From a virus (lineage: Duplodnaviria > Caudoviricetes): 25,081 bases of DNA. The translations under genes and the position numbers were made by a program. The stretch covers positions 1 to 25,081 of the IMG/VR virus record IMGVR_UViG_3300044580_000013. One strand, written 5' to 3'. Below, one piece after another: positions 8,434-17,429 of the stretch (the stretch's first letter is position 1; each line of letters opens with the position of its first letter). The notes below the pieces were generated by a model. The model saw only the letters and a list, made by a program, of their open reading frames with translations, did not search any database and was not told the DNA's origin.

Positions 8434-8826
8434 TTAAATCACCGTGCTATAGGTTGGTTCACCGTTTCCGACAACCGATAGCGTTATAACACTAAGCCCT
8501 CCCATAGGGTGGCTTCTCGAAATTCCGTTAATCTTTGCGTTAAATGTAAAGTAAACATCACCTACATTTACGCCTCCCATGTACATGCTTAAATCAGTTC
8601 CATTTTTAAAGGCATCGTATAGCGTTAGCCACGTTGCATCATCGTACACTATGCTAACATTCACGTTATAGCTGATTTTTCCGGTAAGCACCTCGTTGAA
8701 CCTACCCCCGCTAATTATCACGTTGACCATTTCGGCATCGAGCGACATAGTGCTATCCGTTTGCCCTGCAACCGTAGTGCCGTTAATTTTTAGCAGCACG
8801 TAACTCCCATCTAGCTTGCTTGCCAT
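8434..8826 (-). CDS. Second tail tube-like protein (paralogue of 7980-8402)
   Basis: LDGSYVLLKI...VAGQ, INGISRSHPMGGLSVITLSVVGNGE align by eye with the neighbouring gene. Confidence 0.75.
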   Translation of the reverse strand: MASKLDGSYVLLKINGTTVAGQTDSTMSLDAEMVNVIISGGRFNEVLTGKISYNVNVSIVYDDATWLTLYDAFKNGTDLSMYMGGVNVGDVYFTFNAKINGISRSHPMGGLSVITLSVVGNGEPTYSTVI

Positions 8827-8828
8827 AA

Positions 8829-9239
8829 CTACTTGACGTATAGTGTTAACCTAATGTACTTCGTAATAAACACCCCACTATCACTGTACTCGACAACCTC
8901 ATTAATTCTCGGCTCGCTAACTATGTACGCTTTCAGCCCGTCCATTTCGATTTCTTCGGCACTGTAAAGCAAAGAAAGCACGTCATTAACAACGTCGGAA
9001 AGCATAACATAGTTATCGGTTGTGGTGGTTACAGCTAACAGTGCGCTAACATCATAACCCGATGAGTTCTTGCTGCTGTTTGACGCCTGCTCAACCTGCT
9101 CGATAGTTACCCATGTATCACCAGCACTTTTACCTGCCGAAATAGTGTATACAGGAATAGTTTTCCCGCTGTAAACTACGCTACCGCTTAGCAGGCCATA
9201 AAAAGCCGCATACACGTTTTTGCCAACATCAACTACCAT
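8829..9239 (-). CDS. Tail terminator / completion protein (DUF3168-like)
   Basis: Size, synteny, and ..Y.LL....IPVY.....WVTI pattern. Confidence 0.7.
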   Translation of the reverse strand: MVVDVGKNVYAAFYGLLSGSVVYSGKTIPVYTISAGKSAGDTWVTIEQVEQASNSSKNSSGYDVSALLAVTTTTDNYVMLSDVVNDVLSLLYSAEEIEMDGLKAYIVSEPRINEVVEYSDSGVFITKYIRLTLYVK

Positions 9240-9582
9240 ACGACTTTAGCTTTTCGAGCAGTTCTCCAATATGATTAAAATAGGCCGGGTAAAGGAATGG
9301 TTTTGCCTTACGCCTTAGAGCCTTACTGCCAAACTCCACAATTCCGGCATAATTTACATTAGTTCCAACTACGCCAGAAAGCGTTTTTTTGTCAACCTTT
9401 GACGTTATGCTAGCCCTAAGCCTTCCAGTTTTTACGGGGCATGACCGTTTAGCATCCGCATCGATGGCATACGTTGTTGTAACAATTTCCTCGAATACAA
9501 CTTCAGTCATCTCGTCGCCTTTTTCCGTCAGTTTTTTTACAAGGCTCTCGATTTCCCTAGTGTCAACCTGCACCTCAACCAT
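9229..9582 (-). CDS. HK97 gp10-like tail component
   Basis: AKRSCPVKTGRLRASI, YAGIVEFGS, AKPFLYPAY motifs. Confidence 0.92.
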   Translation of the reverse strand: MVEVQVDTREIESLVKKLTEKGDEMTEVVFEEIVTTTYAIDADAKRSCPVKTGRLRASITSKVDKKTLSGVVGTNVNYAGIVEFGSKALRRKAKPFLYPAYFNHIGELLEKLKSYGS

Positions 9583-9597
9583 TTAGCTATAGTTAGC

Positions 9598-9822
9598 CTA
9601 TACATTTTTGCTTTGCGTTTTCCTGGTTTTGGTTACCAGCTTTTCAGCTTCGGGGTTAACCTTGCTAACCACCGGCTGCTCATCCGATGTGGTTTTGGTA
9701 GGTTTTTCAACATAGAGCTCGGCATCACCCAGTGCTACCATTTGCTTGGCAATTTCGGTGTCAATGTCGTAAATGTTTCCAGCCCTAAACCACATCGTGT
9801 CTTTTACAATCTTTATCTTCAT
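9598..9822 (-). CDS. Small head-module protein with low-complexity K/T-rich tail
   Basis: MKIKIVKD...AGNIYDIDTEIAKQMVALGDAE resembles small genes found next to capsid genes and the C-terminus of 10687-11646. Confidence 0.7.
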   Translation of the reverse strand: MKIKIVKDTMWFRAGNIYDIDTEIAKQMVALGDAELYVEKPTKTTSDEQPVVSKVNPEAEKLVTKTRKTQSKNV

Positions 9823-9835
9823 AGCTTTGTTTTTT

Positions 9836-9870
9836 TAAAAGTAAGGGTGAGCAGTTTACCCACCCTTACT
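9836..9870 (-). terminator. Hairpin / probable intrinsic terminator inside the late operon
   Basis: AGTAAGGGTG (9840-9849) pairs with CACCCTTACT (9861-9870), followed by a short U-run on the minus strand. Confidence 0.65.
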
Positions 9871-9880
9871 AAATTACTCA

Positions 9881-10210
9881 CTACGCAGCAGTTAAAAACG
9901 AATTTGCAACGTCAAACGTTATAAAGCCCCGGTTTTCAGGTAGTTTAATGCCCCTTATTTCGTATGTAATGCCAGCAATTTCAAACCTATCGGCCACCTC
10001 AAGCCCTTTTAACTCGGCTTCCCAGCCAGTTATGGTGTATGAGTTTAATGCCGAATATGTTCCGCCAAGCTCCCGAGCAGTAGAAGCGTCTTGTGTTAGA
10101 CCAACATAAACCTCTTTTAACAGCGAGTAGGTGCGAACCATTGCGCCGATGTCGTTCTTTTCGTAGCTGCACTTGTAAATTTTAGCCCTGTATTTCAGCT
10201 CTCCTATCAT
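9881..10210 (-). CDS. Head closure / head-tail adaptor (SPP1 gp16-like)
   Basis: MIGELKYRAKI, ND.G, DRFEIAGITYEIRGI pattern; synteny. Confidence 0.8.
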   Translation of the reverse strand: MIGELKYRAKIYKCSYEKNDIGAMVRTYSLLKEVYVGLTQDASTARELGGTYSALNSYTITGWEAELKGLEVADRFEIAGITYEIRGIKLPENRGFITFDVANSFLTAA

Positions 10211-10683
10211 AAAACAGGGATTCTTGTGATTTCATTGGCAAGCGACCAATCAGGCTGCACGTCATTCCCGCTATTCCTACCGAATTTATTCGCAACAAGC
10301 TGGTAAATAAGCAAGTCAACAGCAGCATTGTCAACCCTTTTAGTTGAGTAGGTAACGGTAAGCACGCTATCGTCGTCGCATTCAACAGTTAGCAGGCATC
10401 CGGTAAGCGAATAGCCACCTTCTGGGACTTCCACCCCATCAACCCTAACGCTTTCGATTTCATCTACCTCACCCACCAGCTCCACCATGCTGCCGGTGGT
10501 GGTAATTTTTACAATCTTTTGCGTGATGTAGTTATTCGTGTGCGCTTCGACCTCTTTTATAGAAGCCTCAACCATCTGCCTTAACAAGCCGTCCTCAGTT
10601 GTATCCGTTAAGCGGCAAAAGGTTTTGATGTCGCTCATGGCAAAGACGTTGAGGTTTTCGCTTAGCACTACTCGCTTATACAT
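10207..10683 (-). CDS. Head-tail connector (HK97 gp6 / SPP1 gp15-like, long form)
   Basis: SDIKTFCRL....EDGLL..MVEAS...VEAHTN pattern. Confidence 0.85.
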   Translation of the reverse strand: MYKRVVLSENLNVFAMSDIKTFCRLTDTTEDGLLRQMVEASIKEVEAHTNNYITQKIVKITTTGSMVELVGEVDEIESVRVDGVEVPEGGYSLTGCLLTVECDDDSVLTVTYSTKRVDNAAVDLLIYQLVANKFGRNSGNDVQPDWSLANEITRIPVL

Positions 10684-10686
10684 GAC

Positions 10687-11646
10687 TTACTTTTTAGCTG
10701 TTGCTGCCTTTGTTTTGCGATGAACCTTAAGCTCCTTGGTTTCATAGGTGGTTTCCACCATCTTCTCCTTCACCTCCACCGGCTCGGCGGAATTCTCTAA
10801 GACAAATAGCACGCCCACCTCCTCGGGAACGTCATAAATCTGCCCTGATTTATACACGTTACGGTTTGTAGTCATTTTAATCTTCATGTTGTCCTTGTTT
10901 TGTACTTCAACCTGCAAATTTCGAAGCCTTTCGGCTATATCACTTCCTACCACCTGCTCGAGCGTTGTGTAGCTTCGATAGAAGGGAGGCTTCAGCATGT
11001 CCACAAAATAGCCACGATAGGTAGAAAGGTGGTTAAACCCGTAGGTATTCATCGAAAGATTTTCAGGATTAGTGGCGTAAATGTTACCCCCACCATTGGC
11101 CACAATGGAGTGCAGGTAGTGGTCAATTCCCCTAATTGCCCCGTTATCCGTTATAGCCCTTGCAAAATCAGCCGAAATGGCCTTGCTTTCGCCTGTTTTA
11201 AAGATTTCGTAATCGTTGACGTCAAGCAGTGCGGAGGTTTGCTGAATAATGTTGTAGCTTAATGCCGTGTTCTCCTGGTACCATGAGTAGCCATCCAAAA
11301 AGGCCTTTCTGGTATCCCGAAGCCGGAACTTCTGCGAGTAGTCATCGCCAGCCTGGAGTAGCATGCCGAGCGAGCGAACATCCATAAGCTGCGAAGCCCT
11401 AATCCATTTCTCCAGCAGCCTAACATGCTCATGGTATCGGTAAAATTTAACCGTTTTACAACCAGCCGCAACCAGCCCATCGGTGTAGAGGTTAACGTAT
11501 TCCTCACCGCAGCTCCCCTCGACCTCCTCGAGAATAATCAGCTCCCAGTCGCCGGCGTCCTCCTGGCGGCACAACCCCTCGAACGCCAGCCATGCTATTG
11601 GCTTCATCCTGTATAGTGGAAGGGCGACTGAAAGTAGATTATCCAT
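10687..11646 (-). CDS. GT-A fold (family 2-like) glycosyltransferase with a C-terminal small head-module domain
   Basis: LSVALPLYR...LCRQ....WELIILEE N-terminus, DxD-like AGDDYS, GIDHYL; residues 254-319 resemble 9598-9822. Confidence 0.75.
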   Translation of the reverse strand: MDNLLSVALPLYRMKPIAWLAFEGLCRQEDAGDWELIILEEVEGSCGEEYVNLYTDGLVAAGCKTVKFYRYHEHVRLLEKWIRASQLMDVRSLGMLLQAGDDYSQKFRLRDTRKAFLDGYSWYQENTALSYNIIQQTSALLDVNDYEIFKTGESKAISADFARAITDNGAIRGIDHYLHSIVANGGGNIYATNPENLSMNTYGFNHLSTYRGYFVDMLKPPFYRSYTTLEQVVGSDIAERLRNLQVEVQNKDNMKIKMTTNRNVYKSGQIYDVPEEVGVLFVLENSAEPVEVKEKMVETTYETKELKVHRKTKAATAKK

Positions 11647-11659
11647 AGTTCAAAAGTTG

Positions 11660-12925
11660 CTAGGTGTTCAACGTTAGGGCTGTTTTGGCAGTGCTGAAAT
11701 CGCCGTAGATGATTGACCCGTAATCGTTGGCACTTACCACCAGGGCAGCCCGCTTGGTTACGTTTATGGTCATTAACCGTTTGGCGAAATCCCCACTGTC
11801 GGCACTATTCGAGATGGTTATCTCGTAAGGCGTGCGAACATGCAGCTTAACCCGCTCACTATCCAGCACGATGAATTTGCCGGCGGTGATGTTGTTAGAC
11901 ACAACCACCTGAAGCCCGCTGATAGTCCCGTCAAATGCGGGGTACTGCAGAATGGCGTTGTTAAGGCCAGCCTTTGCAATAAGCAGGTTAGTCAGGTCGG
12001 TTGGGTTAATAACAATGGCATTGGGATAGCCGGTGTTGCTGCGAGCCTGCCCAATAGCCACCTCGATGGCGTCCTTTTCAGTAGGCTTGTAGGTTTTCTT
12101 ACCACCTGCCGCCCAAGCCGTTGCAATGGTTGCCAGCCCGTTGAACTGCTCAGGATAGGTCGTTTCGTTTCCGGTAATCATGGTGGCGTCCATCTTTTCG
12201 GCCAACCTGCGCATTAACAGCATTTGCACCTGGGCGATGAAGTTGTCGATGTCGTCGAGCATGTTTTTCGAGAACTTGGTATAGGCCGAAACGTCCTTTA
12301 CCTTGAAGTTCTTTTCCCTCCAAAGCCAGCTCATCTGACCGCTTGCGGTTTTTTCGTCGTGAAATACGGGGACGCCCTGCTCATCGTAGAGTTCAGTGAT
12401 GGACACGCTGTTGCCGGTGGTGGGGATTTCCTGAATAAGCCCCGAAGCCCAAAGTCCCTTGCCTGCTGGTGCGAAAATGTCGGGTAGCTTAACCTTTCTG
12501 GGAACGTCGCCGGTTACGCCATCCCCGATGGTCATGGTTACAGCCCCCGCCTTGGTCATTAGACCCGGGTCAACTTCAAATGATACGGCTGCACCAGCCT
12601 TTATGGCGTCCTTGCGCTCGAGCACCTTTTCCTTTAGCTGCTCGCCAAATGATTTCGTTTCGTTCACGAGTGGTTTGGTTGTTTTGAGTTCTTTTAGGTC
12701 GAGTAGTACCCCATCGAGCTGCTTTTGCAGCTCTACCAAGTTAGTACCACCTATCTTTTCGTTCAGCTGCTTTTGCAGCTCGTTAAACTTGACTTCCACC
12801 TCAGAAATGGGGGCAAGCCCCTTTTTCCCATCCGCCACGATGGTCTCCACGTCATTGAATAGCATGGTGGCGAACTTCTCGGTAGCCTCGTCAAGCTTCA
12901 ACTCTTTTAATTTCTCAACATTCAT
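11660..12925 (-). CDS. Major capsid protein, HK97 fold, with coiled-coil delta domain
   Basis: 421 aa after the protease; FSKNMLDD, ITGN....QFNGL, NAIVINPTD, ISGLQVVVSNNI.AG motifs. Confidence 0.93.
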   Translation of the reverse strand: MNVEKLKELKLDEATEKFATMLFNDVETIVADGKKGLAPISEVEVKFNELQKQLNEKIGGTNLVELQKQLDGVLLDLKELKTTKPLVNETKSFGEQLKEKVLERKDAIKAGAAVSFEVDPGLMTKAGAVTMTIGDGVTGDVPRKVKLPDIFAPAGKGLWASGLIQEIPTTGNSVSITELYDEQGVPVFHDEKTASGQMSWLWREKNFKVKDVSAYTKFSKNMLDDIDNFIAQVQMLLMRRLAEKMDATMITGNETTYPEQFNGLATIATAWAAGGKKTYKPTEKDAIEVAIGQARSNTGYPNAIVINPTDLTNLLIAKAGLNNAILQYPAFDGTISGLQVVVSNNITAGKFIVLDSERVKLHVRTPYEITISNSADSGDFAKRLMTINVTKRAALVVSANDYGSIIYGDFSTAKTALTLNT

Positions 12926-12927
12926 GT

Positions 12928-13677
12928 TTAAAATAGTTTTGTTAGTTCAACAAAGTTAACCCCGCTCCTCTTTTCCTCTTTTGGCGTAATGGGTGGCTCG
13001 ATTGGTTTAGTGCCGGCAAATGCCGACGGCTTTAACCCCTCAAGTATCCATTTCAGCTGCTCTTTAAGAATGAGAAGCTGGTAGTTCAAATTTTCGTAGG
13101 TTTCGTCGGAGTAGCTGGTCCTGCCCGTTAAGGCCTTTAGCATTAGCCCGATTCTATCCTCTATGTCCTTCTTTATCATTTCGGCCTGCTCGATGGACTT
13201 TATAGTCCTCGCATACATGTTAGCCCCCCACTTATCCAGTGAAGAACCCTCCCAGAGCCGCACCTCCTTTAGAACCCTTACGTCCTTTCCATCAATCCTT
13301 TGAATTTCCACCTTGTCGGCTATTTCGTTATAGCCTACAGAGTGCTCGGTTATGATACCATCAGCATACATGGCCAGCACGTCATTTCCCAACGTGTGCG
13401 AGCCTACCTTGCTGATAAAATGCAGGCCGTAAGAATCCTCTTCGAGTACCTGCAGCACGCCAGTCGTGCTTTGGTGGTTGAAAAGGTGCTTAATCCGGTT
13501 AGTCCCTTTAATTCCATTTTCGATGATGGATTTTGTAAATGCCCCTGATACAACCATTTCACCGTCTGAATCCACAACGTTAAATGCGCTAAAATAGCCC
13601 TCTACAAGCCTTTTTTTAACGTCCAGCTCTTTTAAGCTTAAATTGCAACTTTTAAACCTTACGCTTTCCATATCCAC
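12928..13677 (-). CDS. HK97-family prohead protease
   Basis: VEGYFSAFNVVDSDGE...GAF.KSI, HLFNH, EHSVGY, LKEVRLWEGS, WGAN. Confidence 0.93.
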   Translation of the reverse strand: MDMESVRFKSCNLSLKELDVKKRLVEGYFSAFNVVDSDGEMVVSGAFTKSIIENGIKGTNRIKHLFNHQSTTGVLQVLEEDSYGLHFISKVGSHTLGNDVLAMYADGIITEHSVGYNEIADKVEIQRIDGKDVRVLKEVRLWEGSSLDKWGANMYARTIKSIEQAEMIKKDIEDRIGLMLKALTGRTSYSDETYENLNYQLLILKEQLKWILEGLKPSAFAGTKPIEPPITPKEEKRSGVNFVELTKLF

Positions 13678-13695
13678 AAATTTAGCGTGTAAATA

Positions 13696-14487
13696 CTACA
13701 AATTCAACCCCTGTTGAAAACTATTCTGCTTCCGCCTGTAAACCAGCGTGCAGCGACAGTTTATGATGTTGCCACCGCTGCCGTTGGTGTCGCCAGGATG
13801 AGATAGGCTTTCATAATTCCCCGTAAATGTATCCCCGTCGAAGATAGGCACTTGAAACATGGCGTTTAGGTCAACAAATACGCCATTCATTTTTTTGTGG
13901 CTATTCCTAACATTTTCCCTTCTGGCCGTTAACCAGCCTTTTTCGAGGCTTAAACCGGTTTGCATCGCTCCGTTTAACGAGCCGGCGTTGCTGGCCCCGA
14001 GCGTTTCTGTTCTTGCGATACGGATTGAGCGGTAACCATTTTCAAAGTTGAGGCTGCTGCTGATACTAGCCGCTATCTTATCGATAGACTTACCATCCTC
14101 AAGCCCTAGCGCTACTTCCCGCCTTACTATTTCCCTAAACCTTTTATCCGTCGTTCCGGTTATCCATTTAATATTTTTGCCGCAATTCTGCACTACATAG
14201 TCCCGCATTCGTGCCATATAAAGCTTATCCTCATCGCTTAGCGACTTTTTGCTTCCCCTTATAGCCTTTATGGTGTTGTTCATGTAGTATGAGCCTATCT
14301 TGGTGTAGGCAAGCATGATGGCATCTTCAACAGGCTTGTCGTCAAGATGAACATTAATGCTAAGCAGTTCATTGGTGCTGCCAGCCTTTTTGACCTCGGC
14401 TACTAAGGGGGAAAGCTGTGTCTTTAGTGCCCTTCTAAATACAGGGATAAACGAATTTACGTAGTAGTTATAACGGCTGTCGCTCAT
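13696..14487 (-). CDS. Minor head morphogenesis protein (Mu gpF / SPP1 gp7-like)
   Basis: RIARTET, K.W....VR.SH, HPGD......INCRC. Confidence 0.9.
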   Translation of the reverse strand: MSDSRYNYYVNSFIPVFRRALKTQLSPLVAEVKKAGSTNELLSINVHLDDKPVEDAIMLAYTKIGSYYMNNTIKAIRGSKKSLSDEDKLYMARMRDYVVQNCGKNIKWITGTTDKRFREIVRREVALGLEDGKSIDKIAASISSSLNFENGYRSIRIARTETLGASNAGSLNGAMQTGLSLEKGWLTARRENVRNSHKKMNGVFVDLNAMFQVPIFDGDTFTGNYESLSHPGDTNGSGGNIINCRCTLVYRRKQNSFQQGLNL

Positions 14488-15851
14488 TACATTTCATCTA
14501 CATTATCGTTCATATCCGGATTTAAAGGCTCTGAACTAAACTGGCTGGCGGGCATTACGCCCATTGGGATTAGCACCTCGTTAAGGATAGGTAGGTCTAT
14601 TTCATTCAGGAATGATTTCGTGCGCTTTTCGTTTATTGTCAACCAGCCCATTGTGTTTAGCGTTGTTGCCAGCTTATCAAGGTCGTCCTGCAGCTCTATA
14701 AACGCCTGCAAATCGTAGTCAATGAAGCCCCTATCACCTTCCGGCAAAAAGAACCTGTTAAACCCGCTCTTCAGTTTTTCCATCATTGGCAGAGCGGCAT
14801 CTGTTACAAGGGCTTTCCTAGCCTCTTTCATGTTGTTATAAGTAGTAGCCTCTGTGTCGCCCATCAGCATGGATGGCACTTGATAGATACGGCAAATATC
14901 TCTTAGCGTCATCTTTTGACTTTCGATGATGTCGAGGTCAACCGGCGAAAGGCCTATTGGCGTCCAATCCAGCGATTTTCCCACTACCATGATATCCCCA
15001 AAATTTTCCATTCGCTGTTTTTCCTGCCACTTTCCCCGCACACTATCGGCTTCGGTTTCTGTAAGCGTATCGGAGGGCTTCGGCATGAGTAGCCCCCTTG
15101 CGCCATAGTTGGCGTAGCTGTTTATTTGCGCCTTGATACCGGCATTGGAAAGGGCTAGCAAGTCCTGCGAAGCCATGATAGGGCTAAGGCCGTAGAGCCA
15201 ACTCCCGCTATAGTTAACTGTAGGGTTAAAGGTCTTGATGTGCATCATGTTCTCACGGGGAATAACCTCATTCGGGTTAAACCCGTCGAAAATATAACCG
15301 TCCACCGGATTGAGAAAGTTGTTAAACTTAATGGTAACCAGGTTGGCCGGTGCTACGTGCAGCGAAATTAACGCTCCCTCCCTGCCATTGCGACGAATGC
15401 CATACAGGTAGGCGTTGCCTGTGATTTCGTAGTACATGATTAGCTGCTGCACTATATCGTTAAAATCCTCGCCGTTTCGGTTGGGGCTTTCGAGGATGTT
15501 GTAGATATCACCCTGCCATTCCTGTTCGTACTGCGTTTGCTTAATGTAAATGGCGTCGTCAATGGCCTTGTTTTGAATAGCCCTGTTATAGCGTGCTTTA
15601 GCCCCGCTCCTTTTTTCAACAAAGTAACTCCACGGCACTCCCGAACACGAACCAGCTATGCGGTTGACAACGGAGTAAACAATATGGTTGTACAGGTAGC
15701 CCTTGTCAATCGTATCGTTAAGGTTAGCAATTTTCTGAATGGGCATTCCGCTATTCAGCATGGATAGCAGGGTGGAGAATAGCTGGTTGCTACCTGAGCC
15801 TCCGTCCTTAACTGCCTTGGTTCGCTCAATGTTATACCCGAAAATTTTCAT
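14487..15851 (-). CDS. Portal protein, HK97 family
   Basis: VYSVVNRIA, PN, GNAY, HIK.FNP....YGLSPI, ICRIYQVPS.L.G, TYNN, LTINEKR. Confidence 0.94.
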   Translation of the reverse strand: MKIFGYNIERTKAVKDGGSGSNQLFSTLLSMLNSGMPIQKIANLNDTIDKGYLYNHIVYSVVNRIAGSCSGVPWSYFVEKRSGAKARYNRAIQNKAIDDAIYIKQTQYEQEWQGDIYNILESPNRNGEDFNDIVQQLIMYYEITGNAYLYGIRRNGREGALISLHVAPANLVTIKFNNFLNPVDGYIFDGFNPNEVIPRENMMHIKTFNPTVNYSGSWLYGLSPIMASQDLLALSNAGIKAQINSYANYGARGLLMPKPSDTLTETEADSVRGKWQEKQRMENFGDIMVVGKSLDWTPIGLSPVDLDIIESQKMTLRDICRIYQVPSMLMGDTEATTYNNMKEARKALVTDAALPMMEKLKSGFNRFFLPEGDRGFIDYDLQAFIELQDDLDKLATTLNTMGWLTINEKRTKSFLNEIDLPILNEVLIPMGVMPASQFSSEPLNPDMNDNVDEM

Positions 15852-16999
15852 ACAACAAAGAATTTTTGTTTTATTTTAAAACGCTGGTACATGAAGCCAT
15901 AACGGGCGGCATCTATGGCATGGTTGAACTTGTCAATAGCCAACTTGCCCCGCTCGTCAAGCCATACGTAGGTCTTTAACTCATTCATTAAATTCGTGGA
16001 ATTTTCGGTAACGATAATCATGTAGTCCTGCATCGTAAGCAGCCCAGTGCTTATAACGCCCGAACCATCTGCGGATACAGCCGGCACAATGTTGTTTCCG
16101 AGTGCCTTTAGCTCATCAATTAAGCGGGGATTGCTTCTATCTGCCACTATTAGTCTATTCCCTGCATATTGACGGTTTAATTCAAAAAGGCTATTGGTTG
16201 TAAGCCCGTTCTTGTAAAAGCATTCGTCTAAATAAATTATTTTTTTCCCCTCGTCAACCGCTATCTTTACTAGTGTTGAAGGGTCGCTGGCAAATCCAAA
16301 GTCTTGCCCCAAAATAAAGTCTAAACTGGTATCAAATTCGCCAATGTCCCAGTTATCGAAAACAACACCCTCCAGCTTCCCGACCTCCCCATCCACAAAT
16401 ACCCGCTTAAATTTTTGGTTTCGCTCCCCAGCCTCATGTAATTCCTGCTTAATGTTTTCGTCGAGGTATGGGTTGTCGGCAAATGTAGAATGAATGTAGG
16501 CACTATTCTTGCGGGTCATGTAATCTGTGTGAACGTAAAACTCGCATGTCGGGTTGAAGTCGAAAAATACAGCTCCCCTTGTTCGGATAACCAGCTGCCT
16601 CGCCCGCTCCTCATCAATGTTATTTGCCTCGTTAATAAATAGCAAATCACGGCTCGAACCATAAACTTTTTCGGCCGTATCCACGCTAAAAAATTCTATT
16701 TGTGTTTTATTTATCCGGTAAATTTTGTCGGTTCGGTTGTAGCTATTTTCGTCATACATGTTAAGCGACTGCAGAACCGAAAAAAAATCCCTCATCGCCC
16801 CTCTTTTCAGGTGTGGTAGCGTTGCGCTTACAATGCTTACATACGTTTCTTTTTTTTGGTACATCGCTATTAGAATCAACAACTGGACAATCGAGTAGGT
16901 TTTGCTCGACCTCGCTCCACCCTGGTTGATGATATAACGATTGCCATCAACGTACGCCTTCAGGTTTTTCTCAAATACTTTTGTCGTTTTAATCGTCAT
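15848..16999 (-). CDS. terL: Terminase large subunit, PBSX family (likely start MTIKTT at 16999; track start 17014)
   Basis: Walker A QGGARSSKT, Walker B LFINEAN, DFNP, STFADNPYL, nuclease GQDFGFASDP and NHAIDAARY; GGAGG precedes the ATG at 16999. Confidence 0.94.
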   Translation of the reverse strand: MTIKTTKVFEKNLKAYVDGNRYIINQGGARSSKTYSIVQLLILIAMYQKKETYVSIVSATLPHLKRGAMRDFFSVLQSLNMYDENSYNRTDKIYRINKTQIEFFSVDTAEKVYGSSRDLLFINEANNIDEERARQLVIRTRGAVFFDFNPTCEFYVHTDYMTRKNSAYIHSTFADNPYLDENIKQELHEAGERNQKFKRVFVDGEVGKLEGVVFDNWDIGEFDTSLDFILGQDFGFASDPSTLVKIAVDEGKKIIYLDECFYKNGLTTNSLFELNRQYAGNRLIVADRSNPRLIDELKALGNNIVPAVSADGSGVISTGLLTMQDYMIIVTENSTNLMNELKTYVWLDERGKLAIDKFNHAIDAARYGFMYQRFKIKQKFFVV

Positions 17000-17414
17000 G
17001 GCTTCCTCCGGCAATTAACTGCTTTAGGTTGTCTTTTGCCTCCTCGCTAACCACCTGTATGTTAATCGGTTCAATCTTTTGCCCGCCGCTGGTATGGTCA
17101 ATGTAAGCCTGGTTAAGCCTTTGCCTGTCAACATCATCAGCTATCATGCGCATGGCGGCAATTTGCAGGGTTGCATTTTCGCTTTTAATCCACTTGTTAA
17201 GCAGGTAGTTAACAGCCATTTTCCTATTTTCCAGCAATGCCTCTTTTATATCGTCCATTTCATTTAACCCGTAGTTATAGGCCGTTGAACGGCTGAAGGA
17301 AAGTGCATCCCATTGGATGTGCTCCCAGCGCATGAATTTATAGCGCTGGATGGCATCCATAAGCTCATTTTTGTAGAGCTGCTTTTTCTCCTCGTTAATT
17401 TCTAGTAGTGCCAT
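16989..17414 (-). CDS. terS: Terminase small subunit
   Basis: Overlaps the terL start; HTH-like SRSTAYNY, W..SENATLQIA and DHTSGGQKI tail. Confidence 0.8.
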   Translation of the reverse strand: MALLEINEEKKQLYKNELMDAIQRYKFMRWEHIQWDALSFSRSTAYNYGLNEMDDIKEALLENRKMAVNYLLNKWIKSENATLQIAAMRMIADDVDRQRLNQAYIDHTSGGQKIEPINIQVVSEEAKDNLKQLIAGGSHDD

Positions 17415-17418
17415 GATT
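17383..17418. repeat. 36-bp direct repeat, copy 1 (terS start region)
   Basis: TTTTTCTCCTCGTTAATTTCTAGTAGTGCCATGATT, identical to 19187-19222. Confidence 0.95.
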
Positions 17419-17429
17419 ACCGGTTTTAG

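Noticed and set aside
10182-16503. Alternative-frame minus-strand ORFs 10182-10385, 11259-11507 and 16321-16503
   Set aside because: They are nested in well-supported genes and have no motifs or start context.
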